The translations under genes were made by a program, and so were the position numbers. A stretch of 63,596 nt of DNA, filler included, from Sphacelaria rigidula (Eukaryota): assembly GCA_964200075.2 (NCBI GenBank). It is 7 parts of 7 records of this genome, joined end to end, with 100 filler letters (N's around TTAATTAATTAA, not from the genome) between each part and the next. Parts side by side here need not be neighbours in the genome. Positions count along the whole stretch, not along the records: positions 9,101 to 18,100 come from CAXNAA020009552.1; positions 18,201 to 27,200 come from CAXNAA020009553.1; 5 more parts are not named here. One strand, given 5' to 3'. Below the pieces are notes generated by a model, which saw only the letters and a program-made list of their open reading frames with translations, was not told the DNA's origin and did not search any database. The first letter of the stretch is position 1; each line of letters begins with the position of its first letter. Positions 12,020-25,420 of the stretch are shown here, in pieces.

Positions 12020-12121
12020 CTTACAAAGCATCCGGAACTCCTGGTACCCTACACCAATGACTCGGCCCTTGCTAAACACGAGATACATGTGTTGCTCGAC
12101 CTCCACTCGATCGCAGTCCGG
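12020..12121 (-). CDS. Probable internal exon of an unknown gene (PDCDRVEVEQHMYLVFSKGRVIGVGYQEFRMLCK)
   Basis: TTTTTCAG acceptor, AAG|GTAAGC donor, 102 bp, open only in phase 0. Confidence 0.55.
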
Positions 12122-12295
12122 CTGAAAAAGCGCTACACATGCGTGAGAGAGTTTGGAGGGGGGGGGGGGGAGATAGTGGTGAACGATGTGTTGTTGTGGA
12201 CTACTCACAAGTGGTTTGCGGTACGGTCATTCAGCATATCAATATCAATCTATGTCGAGATCACCACCGCCCACCCGAACTTCTTACAGACCACA

Positions 12296-12737
12296 AACAG
12301 CCAATCATCGAGATTGAGGATTGAGCTTTTCATCGAGGATAATAACCCGGAAAAGTAAATTCTTCGCATTCACACCAAGTCTTCGAGGTATGGTTTCATT
12401 CCTTCATCTGCTGGGAGCTTTTGACAACTGATACACGTCACGGAAAATTGGATTCCGATGGTCGAAATCTGGGGGCCCTACCTAGGTGAAGAAAAAATGT
12501 CGGGAATTTGAGTGATCCGGATCACCTAAATTCCTCAGATTTATTCTTCACCTAGGACTCCCAAATTTCGGTCATCGGAATCGAAAAAAAAATAGCGTGT
12601 AGAAGTTGTCAACAGCTACCAGCAGATGAAGAAATGGAACCATATTTCGAAGAATTGGCATGGATGCGAAGATTTTAATTTCCCGGGTTATCATCCTCAA
12701 TTATAAGCTCCATCCTCAATTTCGATGATCGGCTGTT
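12296..12737. mobile_element. Palindromic foldback element, AACAGCC...GGCTGTT, 4-bp TSD CACA
   Basis: The two halves are reverse complements. CACA at 12292-12295 and 12738-12741. Homologous to 57591-58037. Confidence 0.9.
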
Positions 12738-13869
12738 CACAGCCGAGACTTGACATCTATCTCATGTACCGGGGACCGGAGATGCCCAATGCCGGTAGTA
12801 CATGTCCTTTTGCTTTGTTTGGTTGACAGAATACGCGATAACGATGCGAAAGGAACTTAGCCCACCTGAGAAACAATGTTGATCAATGCTCCGGGTAAAC
12901 GTGTACGGTATATGCTTCGTTACTAAAACCCGACCTCTCTGAGTCACTTGACACTTTAATTGATGAACAGATTCGTTTCGTCGGCAGAGTTATCCGCACG
13001 ATCTCTTGCATCACAGGACGCGTGTAACTCTGCGTAGAACTAACAGATCCAATCCAGGGGGGCGGGGAGTAGCAATGGACATATGTTCGCATGAAATACT
13101 CATGGATGATGACCAGAATCGTCCTACACCGTGCCAGTCGAAAATCATGACAAAAACTGTTTGTCTTGATTAGTGGACCACAGTCAAGGCGTTCCCCATG
13201 GACCGGGGATTGTGAACACAGGGAGCAGCGCCCTTCTGATTCAGTCGATGAAGAAAGAGGTATTAGCGTGACTACGAGTAGCTCACGCTTGAAATTGTCA
13301 AAACACGTTTTGAGAAGATAAACGATTGCTGGGTTACATACCGGTGCCGATATCATCGACAGAAGTATCGATACAGCGTATTGTAGCACGTGCGCGTGAT
13401 GCTTTCAACACCTCGCGATGAAAGTGGATACTCGGTACGCATGATTCGTATTCCATACATTATCGGGTGATCGTCGAGTTCTTAGTAAAAAAAGGCCCCA
13501 TCTTCGTATTTCTTGAGGTTACACGGGCCACTTCCGCTTCACCGGGGAAAACAGAGAGGGTCCCCGAGACATGTTTCTGCGGGACTTGAGATTTATTATG
13601 ATTCCAACATATTTTTTCACCTCCCTCGCCAAGGGCCAAACGGGCACGTGGATTTTTCGCTAAAAGTCATATGCTTTCAAAGTAAAATCATCGAGACACG
13701 AATTATTTCACAACAGTTTTACTTCTTCCGACGTCGTATCTCAAGATGAGAGTCGAAACTCGAAGTTGAGCCATAGCCGCGACCTTGACATTGTGCCTAG
13801 GAGTCGGAATTCGTGATAACTATGGAGGTGAGTGAGAAAACTACAGCATTCGCAATTTTGCGGCAAGAT

Positions 13870-14335
13870 TTTTTTGTTTGCCCTTTTTTTTCTTCATCGT
13901 TTTATTGTATTTTATTTTACTTGCTCTGTACTTTCCTCTTCTTTTCCTTCTTTTTTTTTTTTTTCGATCGGCCATTTCTTTCTGTGCTTTGCTTGTGTTG
14001 ACTTTTTTTCATCCCTTCTTTTGTCATGACTTCGTCTTTTATGTCGTTATGTTCGACTTTTTTTCCTGTTCCTTCTTTTCTTCAGAGCGTGTTTCTGTTT
14101 CGTTTTTCTTGGGTACGTCTATTATGAGACCACGACTGGACCCCTGGGGGGTCAGCTAAAGTGCGACAATCAATCAACCAATCAAATATTTAGAAAAAAT
14201 GACCATTCCCCTGCTCTTTGTCTTCATCGAGTATTTCCGTTTTGTCAACCATGGGTTCCTCTGTTTTGTGATCACGGCTGGGTCCGTCGGGGATCAGTTA
14301 GCGTGCGATAATCAATTCATCAATCGAGGGCTTTT
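13870..14335 (+). repeat. T-rich dispersed repeat ending in two hairpin + (CAAT)n motifs (retroposon-tail-like)
   Basis: CACGACTGGACCCCTGGGGGGTCAGCTAAAGTGCGACAATCAATCAACCAATC at ~14131, a second variant at ~14273; reverse-complement homolog at 59325-59790. Confidence 0.65.
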
Positions 14336-17300
14336 ACGAAGTACAATTATGTTTTGTTTTGTAAAACTTCCGCGACGTGCGCGTCGGAAATACGAACAGA
14401 ATTGTGGCATGCTCACTACTTTTGCCTTCGACATGGAAATATTCGCAAATTCATATATTTTCAGTTGTAGTTTGGCCCTGACGTAAAAACATCTCGAGTT
14501 GGCTGTCTAAAATCAAAGTTGAGCTACGGTCATGACTTCGATACTGAGAAATACGCACTTGTCCATTAAATTTCATGTCGTTTCGATAAAACCGATGAGG
14601 TTAAAACAAGAACAATATGATATTGATTTCCGAAAACATTATTCCGGAATCAAGGGGCATCTCCGCAGATGAAGTAATAAATGCACGGGTTTTTGTACGC
14701 GCGTGAACCTTCACGTTCCAGTTCTTGGAATCATAGCTGTCGAATTCGAGCTCTTCCAAAAGGTCCGAAGGTATGCAGGAAAGTCGTCCCAGCACGCCGC
14801 TGAGAATACTGATGCGCACGGCATGAACAACGTTGGAGGCATATGCACCGGTATGTTACACGAGTAAAATCCATAGAAGCATGCAGTTGAATGAAGGCAT
14901 CCGTTCTGCTCACAAAAGCGAACACCAGCAAAATAGATATGCGCAACGAATGATGGGCACGCGGAGGAGAGGCCTATCCACAGGCGACTTCATCACGTAC
15001 TCCTTTTTTTCATATTTTCTATACGTTCAGCGAAAAAACCAGCCCGTCCAGCGATAAAGCGAAGCACCAGCCTTAACGATGACGGGGGTTTTGAACCCAC
15101 CCTCATGAATCACACGGCACACGATTATGCGCGATGGGTGGTTTCAAATCTTCACACGAGTCCTTTCATCCACACCCGCCGTCGAAAGAAGGAAAACCTC
15201 AAGGCCAGCACACACGCCATATATACGTACACATCATTTTTTTGGTAGGCCACCTGCGTGAAGGCGAGGCATGCATGGCCTTACCTGTGGCCGCATATCG
15301 GAGTCATGCTACGATAGGGAAGGGGGGGTATTCATTTGGGGCATTTCTTTCACGAAATTCCACTTGAAATCGTTGTCGGAAGCGGCAACGGTTATTCGTA
15401 CACGCTTGTTAACGATACACACCCCTCATCCATACTGCTTGACGCCGTTTTCACCCAAGGACATGCGCACCGTGAGTGTGTTTGGTGGACTGACACATCT
15501 ATGCCCCTTTTTTTGGTGGAATCAAGCATCGCTCCCCTCCCAATCGTAGCATGAATCATGGGGAGCCTCGTTGTCGCATAGCTATCGACTAAACACCATG
15601 TACATAGAGTACAACGATCCCCTCCCTGCAGCAGTACAATATTGCGAGTCCTAACACTGCGGTCAGACTCGGCTGATGTTGTCTTGAGGCGTCACCATGA
15701 ACGTCAGATTCTAGTGGATGCATACACGTTCCGACACTCTTCCTACATCACAACAAAAAAACTGGCTGCGCATGATGGCGTAGCGCAAGACCTGCGCACA
15801 GAAAAAAGTCTCAGTTGCTGAACGGCAACTCACCAACTATGTACACGCCATCACGGGCATCCATCTTATGGCATGTCTCGCAAGGCGTCGTTCGTGTTTT
15901 GAAACGCTGCGCACGGTTGGTTGGGGGGGAAAACGCGTCTCTCTTTGCGTTCCTGAACACAAAACGGAGCACTCGTAATCTTACACGCGGCATGCACCAC
16001 CGGAGCCTCTTGGTACGGCGCCCACAGTGAGCGACCAACCTTGAGCCTACTCCTAACACCCCGATAAATGGGTGTCAATTGATGTGGAAATATTCACGTA
16101 TTTACGCGAGGGGCTCAAAGTTAGTCCTAACCGCTGCATCCCCGTGCTCTAACTCGTCCATCAATAGCCGGGTCAGGAGGGAAGATTGCGGATCGAAATC
16201 CCCGCAGACGTGGTATCTTGAGCAGAATCTAGTTTTTGCCCTTGAAAGCGTGAGGGCACGAGGAGTACTGAAACTTCGGCGAAAGTCCGCGGATGCGGGA
16301 GTGTTAATTGATTCCTTGCTTACGCAACGTGAGGTACGTAACGCGAAGGGGAAATGGGTCTATCCCGTGAGCGTACGGGCTCGTCCCGAGGAGGGGTAGC
16401 GGTTATAAAATATGACTAGCCATTCCCCCTACACACAGGCTAGGTGCACACGCAGAAATAGGACAAGCAGCATATCCTCACATGTCCAATATTGTTCGCT
16501 TCCCTCGGGAAGTTTGTCGGTCCGAATTGGATCTTCGTAGCAGGGTATCAGCAGCGGGGGCGGCGAAGCAGCCGAGGTTTCCCTCAGGAACCTGCGACTG
16601 AAAGTGGGGGGAAATAGGACGACGTCCACAGCCCAGGGTGACACGAAAATATCACAAGATGTGATGAGGCAAACAGGAACAGAGATAGGATGAAGGGAAG
16701 GAAAACAAAACGAGATACATATATATATATAAATACATATACTAGTTGTTCGTATGGCGATGGTGGCTGCCGCTAGCGTCGCGGATCTGATGTCCGCCAA
16801 AACATCTAGTGGTGGGGATAAAACAACTTGAGCCAGGGTCTGGTTTGGTCTCGGGGTGGGAACAATGAGCGGTGACCCTAGCACCGAAACACAATGAGAA
16901 AGCCCGTTGACCGGAAATATTTCTCGAAGAAGCGCCTTGCCAGGGGACCAATAGGAGTGCATCATCAGCACCGCCGTAACGGGGTAGGGATCATGGAATC
17001 CTTTCTAGGGTAGGTGTACAATTTTCACCGGTGTAGCAGTGTCACCAAATATCAAAACCGCTTTGGCGCTACGTCCAGATGCTACAATAATCACGAGATA
17101 TTCGTGAGATGGAGAAACAATCTCCCGACAGGTGTCGAACGTGAACAGTTTCATCAGTATCTTTTCGAACCACGAAGTCGATTCGAGATCACGCAGATAA
17201 CCTGTTTGATGGTGGTGTTGGACGCGGCGCTTGATAGTAGTGACATGCACGTTGAGCGACTAAAAACAACAGCCCTATCGCGATTGATCGACCTACACGT

Positions 17301-18100
17301 TAGAAGAATCCATAAAGATCAACACCCCACACTCCCCGCAAATCGATGGATCAGGTCAGCTTAAGTACCGGCTGCGAGATATGAGCCGTTGTAGTCACAC
17401 AACAAGGCCCATCTCGTGAACCTCGATGTAATAGGTGCGTCGGCGCGAACCAAAGCCTGTTTCCTCATACCCAAAAATGATCATGTATCTTATCTTTCCA
17501 TAACGAATATATTTTGAAACATAGAGCCAGCCCCACCCCTGGCCCTAGCTCTCCCTGTAAGTCGACAGTCCTTCGCGTGGTTCAATCGAAGTTCGTTAAT
17601 GACCTTCATCGATCCAAAACGCGGCGCGTCGACCAGACCACGTGCTGCTGCGGGACTGTCAGCCCCGGTCCACCAAACATGTGAGAATGTACAAACGTTC
17701 AGTTCGTTGACAAATCAAGTCCCGGGAGGGCTATTGCGTGAGTTTCTAACATCTGAGGGACTGGGAGTGGGGGGGAAATCAAATACAGGTAGTGCATACC
17801 GATAAACGCCTTTACCGGAGCTAGTGTCATACCCATCACCCTCGCTAACAGACTAAGAAAAATTGAGTCAGCTGCGTGATATACTTCCGTCGAGCACACT
17901 CTTTGGAGGGCGGTCACCGGATCATCTCGGGGCATAGTGATTCAAGTGAAGACACTCCATCGTGCAGTACCGTTTGTTTATGCTCCTAGCTCGATTATGC
18001 TCCTACAGTTGCCGGTTGATGACTAATGCTACGATAGTTCCCCCTCCTCCCCCCTCCCCGCCGCGCTCCGTCTCGAAAGGGATGTGTGGTCAATGGTCAC

Positions 18101-18200
18101 NNNNNNNNNNNNNNNNNNNNNNNNNNNNNNNNNNNNNNNNNNNNTTAATTAATTAANNNNNNNNNNNNNNNNNNNNNNNNNNNNNNNNNNNNNNNNNNNN
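18101..18200. other. Artificial contig linker
   Basis: N44-TTAATTAATTAA-N44. Confidence 0.99.
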
Positions 18201-19690
18201 GTGTAGTGTGTGGTTGTATGGCGGGGCGAAGGGGTGGTGAAAGCAAGTACTTGAGGAACAGACATGTGGACAAAATGTGAAAATGCATACCAGTCACCAC
18301 AAAGTTTGAGATTTACTGTAAATCGATGCTTATGTAGGGCAAGTTCACAAGCTTATGGAAATTCAAACGAACACGAAGCAGCAAAAAAAAAAGGTCAGGT
18401 CAGAATTAAAAAAAAAGTAACAAGCAGCGATATGGGTGAGAAACCAACACATGAAACGGAAAATCCCAGCAAGGGTCCGTCGAGAAGTCAATCACCTGTT
18501 CACATTAGCTACACCAGTAAAATAGCTAGTACACTTCATCAACAGAAGGTGTTGGGTTCATATCCCGGCTTTCACCAGTAGCGACGAAAAAGTAAAAAAT
18601 GGCTCCTGAAGTCAAGCGGGCATCAAAAAGTCGTCAAAACGGTGGGGACCCCGACCACTGGTGAGTGACCTTCGAAGCAGATTTCAGTCTCCGGGCAAAA
18701 CATCATGTGGAGATTGTTGGCTTGGAAACCCAAAATACGTACAAGATGTATGAAGAAAGGTGTATATCCTCAGCGCTAGCCGGCGGAAATGGTTACCCCT
18801 AACAGAACAAACCCCTTTCCGTTAGGTTAACTTACGAAGGGGCTCATAAGAGGGGGGGATGATGTGGTTACCACCACATGAGAGGTAAATATTCCAAGAT
18901 TCGGACAAATCAGAGTTTGTACGGGTTGACTGCCTACGAAAGTCGAGTGCGAATCATGGAGTCATCCGGTATGAGTGGCGGATGGTGAAGCTGTATCTCC
19001 AAGATCGTGCTGCACGAATCACGAACTAGGGATGTGTTCACTCCGACTAGTGTCACACGAATCAAGAGTGCAAAGTATGTACGATTTACAGTTCCTGTAC
19101 GGATCACTGGTGGGAAACATGTATGCTTGGTCCATCCCGCGTGAGTCACCGGTGAGAACATATGCACTTGATTTATCTCGTCAAGTGAAAGGTGGAGATC
19201 ATGTACGTATGATTCATACTGCATAAATACAAATTAGTGAAAAAGTACACTCGATTCACCCTCATGAATGGAGGGTGAGAAACTCGTACATATGAGCCAC
19301 GCTGCATGAATGGAAGGGGGTGTACACATGGTTCTACATGCCGTAGTTAGGCTTTAGTTCCGTATGCGCGCATAAAAATCAGCTTAATTTCGTTTTTTTT
19401 ATATTAAATAGGCCTGTTTAGCGCAAAGCTTATAATCGGCTTAATACGCTTGAAACGAGCTTAACTTGCTCAAAACGCGCATAAAGTTGCGATATTGTTT
19501 TGCTCGCAAGTGCTCCGGGTGGCGTACCTCGTCACCAGACAGGCCGACAGGCGTCAGGATTCAGGCTCCAACACTCAATACTTCAATTTTCCATGGTTTG
19601 ATTCACTTTTGTCTATGGCCCAATAGAAACCAGTGATTCATGCCGTATGAATGGAAGCTTTAGTACTAATATCGTCTGTTGTCCGCTGTA

Positions 19691-20213
19691 CAGTAGTGGG
19701 CGGTCTAACTGTTCATTTTGTGGCATGTTGTGCTTTTTTCGTAATTGGCGATTTTCTTGGGCTCTATTCGCTTGCCTTCGCTCATCACTTCGGGGATCGG
19801 AAGATATTTGTATCGGCTTCACATTCCAAGCATTTGTTTTCATCTGTAATCAGTATTGAGTGACTTACGGGCTGACCGGTCATCGGGAGTGCTGCCATGT
19901 TTTCACTCTTCGGTATTTTCGTTCAATCGAGCCTGTCCCGATCATATTTGTCAGAGGAGAAAATGCACAGTTTTATCTTTTTTTAATTCCACCTACTCAT
20001 TGCACTAGAGCCGAAAAACTGTGTTTCACGGCCAATAACACCCTCCTGACAACCGAGGTATCTACTCGTATCGCCCGATAACACCAACTAACACTGACTT
20101 GGGCATTGTATTGAGGATAATCTGTTTATTGTACCATAATCTACCGACGCTAGCAATTTCGATTCCCATCGAAGAGTAGTAGCAACCCTGAATAGTTACA
20201 CCGCCCACTACTG
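19691..20213. mobile_element. Tc1/mariner-type MITE (523 bp), copy 2
   Basis: TA|CAGTAGTGGGCGG...CCGCCCACTACTG|TA. Confidence 0.9.
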
Positions 20214-20497
20214 TACATACTGTACAGTACTGTGTTGTGCTTTTCTGTACCGTGTTGTCGGCAGACTGTAGTTTACGCTGCAGGAGTTCTCCCCCGAAGA
20301 CTTCCGCAAACATGAGGGGACGACTCGTGCTGGTGGTGCTGTCTTCGCAGGTCTTCGTGACGTTATGTACAGTATTATTAGGCCAATTGTACCTCAAAAC
20401 ACAACATGAAACTATAAAGGCTGTCAACCATAGCTCGGGGGGAAAAATAGCTAGAGGAACCGCTCCGGGCACGCAGAGTGCGTACTGTACTATATTT

Positions 20498-22042
20498 CAC
20501 ACGTCAGACAGATCAGCTCGTGACAGATCCGGGTCGGGTCATTTGGGACATAAATCGTGATCTTTCCGAGGTGTACGATCACTCGTGCACGCTTGTCCGA
20601 TGGTGATCTGTAGGACCCGCTTGACCTGTACATATTTGCCGAGCGACGAGCTGTACGACCTACTTCACACCTTTCGTGTACAACTGATCTGTAGAGTTGT
20701 GTCATCTGTACAACATCATATAGCTGTCACTTATATAACTCGGTCATCTATTTAACTCGGCTCGGACAAACGCAGCAGCTTTTCGTCGACCCGCGCGATT
20801 TGAATCTCATGTATACCAAAAGCTACCCCTTACCCGTGGAATCCGAATGTGAAATACAAGAAACAGTTTCCCACACCTGTGAGATCCGGATCGAACATAC
20901 AAGAAACAGTATACAGTATTCCTCACCTGCTAATCTGTATGGTCCGGGTGCTTTGTGGATGGTCACGAGTCCGTAGGTCGATGTAGTAGCCCGGGCACAT
21001 ATAACACGAATTACGTATATTTTTTCACGGGACTGATTGGTGGAGTCTACGAGTATCACTGCGGAGCTTTGATCTGTTCCCATGCTCAACACAGTGTCGA
21101 AGTGTGGCAGAAACGGGATATGCCATGAGCCTGAGGAGCGAGGGCATCTCGCACAACACGCGTCGCTTTGCTGATCGTAAAACCCACCCAGTTCACACTC
21201 AAATAGTAACTACAGCAGTGGTCTCTGAGCATTGGCTTCATTTGGTAGCGTTTTATTCGTGTGCTTTTAGCGCTCGCTAAGTTCCACTTCTTCACTCCGG
21301 TAACAGTGGCAGTAGTGGTGAGGTTGTGATTTGCGTAGATGAGACGTATGTCCAGTTGTGCCAGCGGCAGTATGGACGGCTGTTTTCGTATTTTCTCGTT
21401 CAGGATGCGCACTCATGCGCGGCGGGAGAAGGAAGAAACAAGACATAGCTATGTGCTCAATTTGACTCATTGTGACGCTGTTCGGCCAGCGCCTGACAAA
21501 ATATTCCGGGGAAGAGTCATCGACGTGCTCATTGCCGGCGTTGATGAAGCACAGATGGCCCCCGCAAGCCTGCTCGACGATCAGCCATATGACATTTGCG
21601 ATCTGCGATTGATCTGTGTAAGTATGGCCCGTTTAACCTCCACACATTTCTCGGCTGGTGACCCGAAGAACCCGGCTGCTCTATACATATGGCCTGATGA
21701 ACGATCTGTATGACCCTGTGAATCGTACAAGTCCGCTTGATGATCTGTATGATCCGAGTATTCGTACCCGAGTTCCGTACGTGATTTGTATACCCTGTTC
21801 ATCCGTACATCACCTTTTTAGGCACACCTGCGTGATCCGCATCAGGTGTACTCGAAACGCCAACAACAACCCGTGCACCTTCATGATCCGTGCAAGATAC
21901 CTCCCTCGTGATCGATCATGCCCGGAGCACGAGGACTGTTCCATAATTAGTTGCTCTGTGTCATTCGAATCGTGTACACGAGCGTGTTCACACTTCACCT
22001 GTATGACCCAGATGACACAGATAATGATGTGTCCGAAGTGTG
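20498..22042 (-). mobile_element. Non-autonomous hAT-like element (1545 bp) with possible BED-finger remnant
   Basis: TIR CACACGTCAGACAGATCA / TGATGTGTCCGAAGTGTG. 8-bp TSD CTATATTT at 20490-20497 and 22043-22050. GATC-rich subterminal repeats. Minus-strand peptide TAAGTTGHTSHLRKSQPH near 21330-21380. Confidence 0.82.
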
Positions 22043-23299
22043 CTATATTTGATCTATTGTGTTACGTTCGATTTGATAGATGGATTGATTGTCGCACTTT
22101 GTTTGAGTACAATATCTGAAATCGGACGTATTGCATTCTTGGGCTCTGAAGGGGTTCGCGACCGGCACGCTGTTATATGTCTACCCCACCTGCAAGGAAG
22201 CCGCGCCACCAAAGAGAATGGCGCCCCATGAAATGACCGGTGGGAAGCAGGCCTTCACGCTTCATGTCGTAAGAACAGAAGGTGAGCAACATGAACGTAT
22301 GACTTTTGTTGCCTGAATGAAAGAGGAGAAACGTGTACTTATGATTCACCTCGCATAAATGGAAGGCGAATGAGATGTATATGTACATGTATCATTTCAC
22401 ATTTTCACCACTTTTGCCAAGCTTTCTCTGGCGCCAAGGCATTTTTCCCACGCTTTCTTTTGCAGCGCACTGAGAAGCTTCAGCGGCAGATTACGGTTCA
22501 GATTTAGACGTCATGTGATACCTGTGGCGTGTGTTATGGCCACCGAAAGTCGCTCAAACTGGCCCTTTTTCGCGGGGGTGTCGATCCCGAATCACAAAAG
22601 TCTCTCCAAGATCATGGAAAACTTAAAACAGGAACCCGAACCACAAAAGCCTGCTGAAGATCATGCAAAACTTGAAACAGGATTACTTTTGGCGGAGTAT
22701 TCTCCCTTCGTGCTTCTCTTTGTCGCGTTCTCGTTCATTTGGGCGCACGAACACATCGGTTATGTCGCCAATGTCTCACGGGAACATGAGCGCAGAGAAG
22801 TTGAAAACAATTGAACATTGCCTTCGCCTTAGCCAGCAGCAAACACGAGACCGTCTAATGGGCCGTTGGCGAGTTGAACAAGGCACAGCAGCACAGCAGC
22901 ACAGCAACGTTTTCCCGCAAAAAACAATTACCCTGTTTTTAAAAAAGGCTCGGTGATGTGGAAGCCACAGTGATGTACAAAGAACACGCCAAGAATGTTC
23001 CACGCATTCCAATTTTTCGGGAAGTGCCTCCCGCTGTCATGTCTTCGTGGCACGAGAGCTACTTCGCACTCTGGCACCGGGGGTATACCATACATGTCCT
23101 ACGCCGGCGATTCCGCCGTCGGCCTCCGTCCAAATTCCAATATTTCCGAACGACATCCGATAACACATGCGATGTTTTGTACAGCCACGATCACTGCTGT
23201 ACATTGAGATAAAACAACAGTAGCTTCTTTTCACACTCTGGAAAATGGACACAATAATAGTCCATTTTCCATTGCTTCAGCAACAGACACGGGGGAAAA

Positions 23300-24970
23300 C
23301 CTATCGATATATATTGTCGAACACGATAGATGATGAAACACATCTATCGATATGTATTGCAAGGGACAATAGATGTTGCAAAAGTCGATCGATAGCCAAT
23401 GGCAATTACAATAGATGAAAACCACTCGCCATCGATGGAAATCGTTTACCACAGCAGTTTATGGGATGTATACATTGATAGCCATTGCCGTAATCAACAG
23501 GATTGCTGAGCCATCCATCAATAGTCGTTGCCGTTATCAAAAAATCTGGTGAGCCATCCATTGACAGTCATTGCCGTCATCACCAGATTACGTGAGCCAT
23601 CCATCAATACCATTACCGTCATCAACAGATTTGGTGAGCCGTCTATCGGTACCTCTGCCGCAAACAATGCATTTGGGGTATCTATCAACATGATCATTGC
23701 CGTCAACAATCAATTTTCTCGGGAGGACCTATCGATAGCCAGTGACGCCAACGATAGGTTTTGATGAATACATTGCTCACTGCAGTGGTCTTATGACATC
23801 AACAGCAATACCCCTCACACATGAACACGCAACTACCCGAGGCGATAGCTGGCCATAGCTTCTGTGAAATAAGGTGGGAACATCCCCCGAAAAATATGCG
23901 TACATAGCTAGTGACCGAAGCCACTCAGCTACTTTTGTGGTCAGCAATAGAAATTGGTGGCCTCGATTGACATTGCATTGTGACCAGCGATATACATTAG
24001 TGGCCGCGATTCACGATTCAGATGATACTGTGACCCTCAATAGACATTGGTGGGCGCAATTTAGATCCTATCGTGACCAACAATATGTACTGGTGGCCGC
24101 GTGGCGGATCCTATTGTGATTAGCAACAGACATTGGTCGCCGCAATTCAGAGCCTATTGCAACAACAAAAATATATCGATAGACAACTTGCCCCCTCCAT
24201 TGTCACGGCAATGATACATTCTGTCCAAGGTCCCGAATCTTTTGTCGCCGGCGACAATAGCTATCGATAGATATTGATGCCAGTCGATTATGACTGACAA
24301 TGAACGTTGACAGTAAAATTTTCGGGGCTATTGCAGTGCCAATGTTCTATTACATAGTCTATCGCTCAGGGTATGAGCACATCCCACCCACACACGAAAG
24401 TTCTGTAAGCGCTTGTGTCCATCAGGGGGATAACCATAGGTACCAACACCACACCAACGACAAAACTTGTAAACTTTTGTCCACACATATTGCGGATTCC
24501 TACAAAATACAAGCGTTCCAAAATTGTAGAAAAGTGACGTCATATATTCACGAGTAGTATCATTATATACCCATCGCATGTCCACTTGCGACTTCTCTAC
24601 CGTACTTCAACGGAGTATGATATGCTCTATGCGTAGTATGTTACGATGTAGGTGTAGCAATAGACGACAGAAGATCTATCAATAGGCATTGTATACACAG
24701 TACATTCTGGTATGTATCTATCAATATTCATTGCCGCCATTCATAGATTTTGTACGCAATTTATCAACGGCGATTGCCGTCATCAACAGATTTGGTATAC
24801 AATCTGTCCATAGCCATCGTCGTCATCAATAGATTTGACACGCGGTCTATCGATAGACATTACCGTCATCAATAGGTTTGAAAACTATCGACCGATACAT
24901 TTGGTCGGCCGCAATAGATTTCGGTGTAGGGTCACAATAGTGAGAAACTGGTTTATCGATAGACATTGCC
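23300..24970. repeat. Degenerate ~40-bp tandem arrays (ATCGATAG/GCCGTCATCAACAGATT type and GTGACCAGCAATAGACATTGGTGGCCGC type)
   Basis: Units visible at 23470-23760, 23920-24160 and 24715-24970. Confidence 0.7.
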
Positions 24971-25179
24971 GACGACAACAGAAAGAGAAACTTGCCGATC
25001 GATGGCCATTACGGACGACAATCTTGGCATCTACTGCAGCAGAATCTATTGCTATTGTAATAGATGCCGTTTGTTGGCGAGGGTGTGCCTCTCTCAACCA
25101 TATATTTTCGACTTGCGTCACCCCCGCGAGGCCTGTACCAACCTCCCGAAGGTAAACCTTGTAGTACGTATGATTAATG

Positions 25180-25420
25180 CTGCATGAATGGAACGTGGTG
25201 AACACGTCCACTTGACCTTGTATGAATGGAAGGTGGGGAAAGTATACGAATTATTCATGCTGTATGGATGGGAGGGTAGTAGTATGTACCCGTGATTCAT
25301 GCCGTATGACTAGAAGGTAGGGAACATGCACCTTTTGATTCATGCTACATGAATTGAAGGCGGGAAACATATACTTATGACTAATACCATACGATTGGGA
25401 GGTAGGAAACATGCACGTTT
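25180..25420. repeat. Degenerate ~40-bp array (TGATTCATGC.GCATGAATGGAAGG); relatives at 19190-19340, 19635 and 22230-22390
   Basis: Recurrent CATGAATGGAAGG / GATTCATG motif. Confidence 0.65.

Noticed and set aside
12883-13389. 168-aa ORF as a gene or TE protein
   Set aside because: No recognisable motif in any frame; possibly a decayed TE but unsupported.
17000-17940. Possible decayed retroelement coding sequence
   Set aside because: Stops in all frames and no diagnostic motif I can identify.
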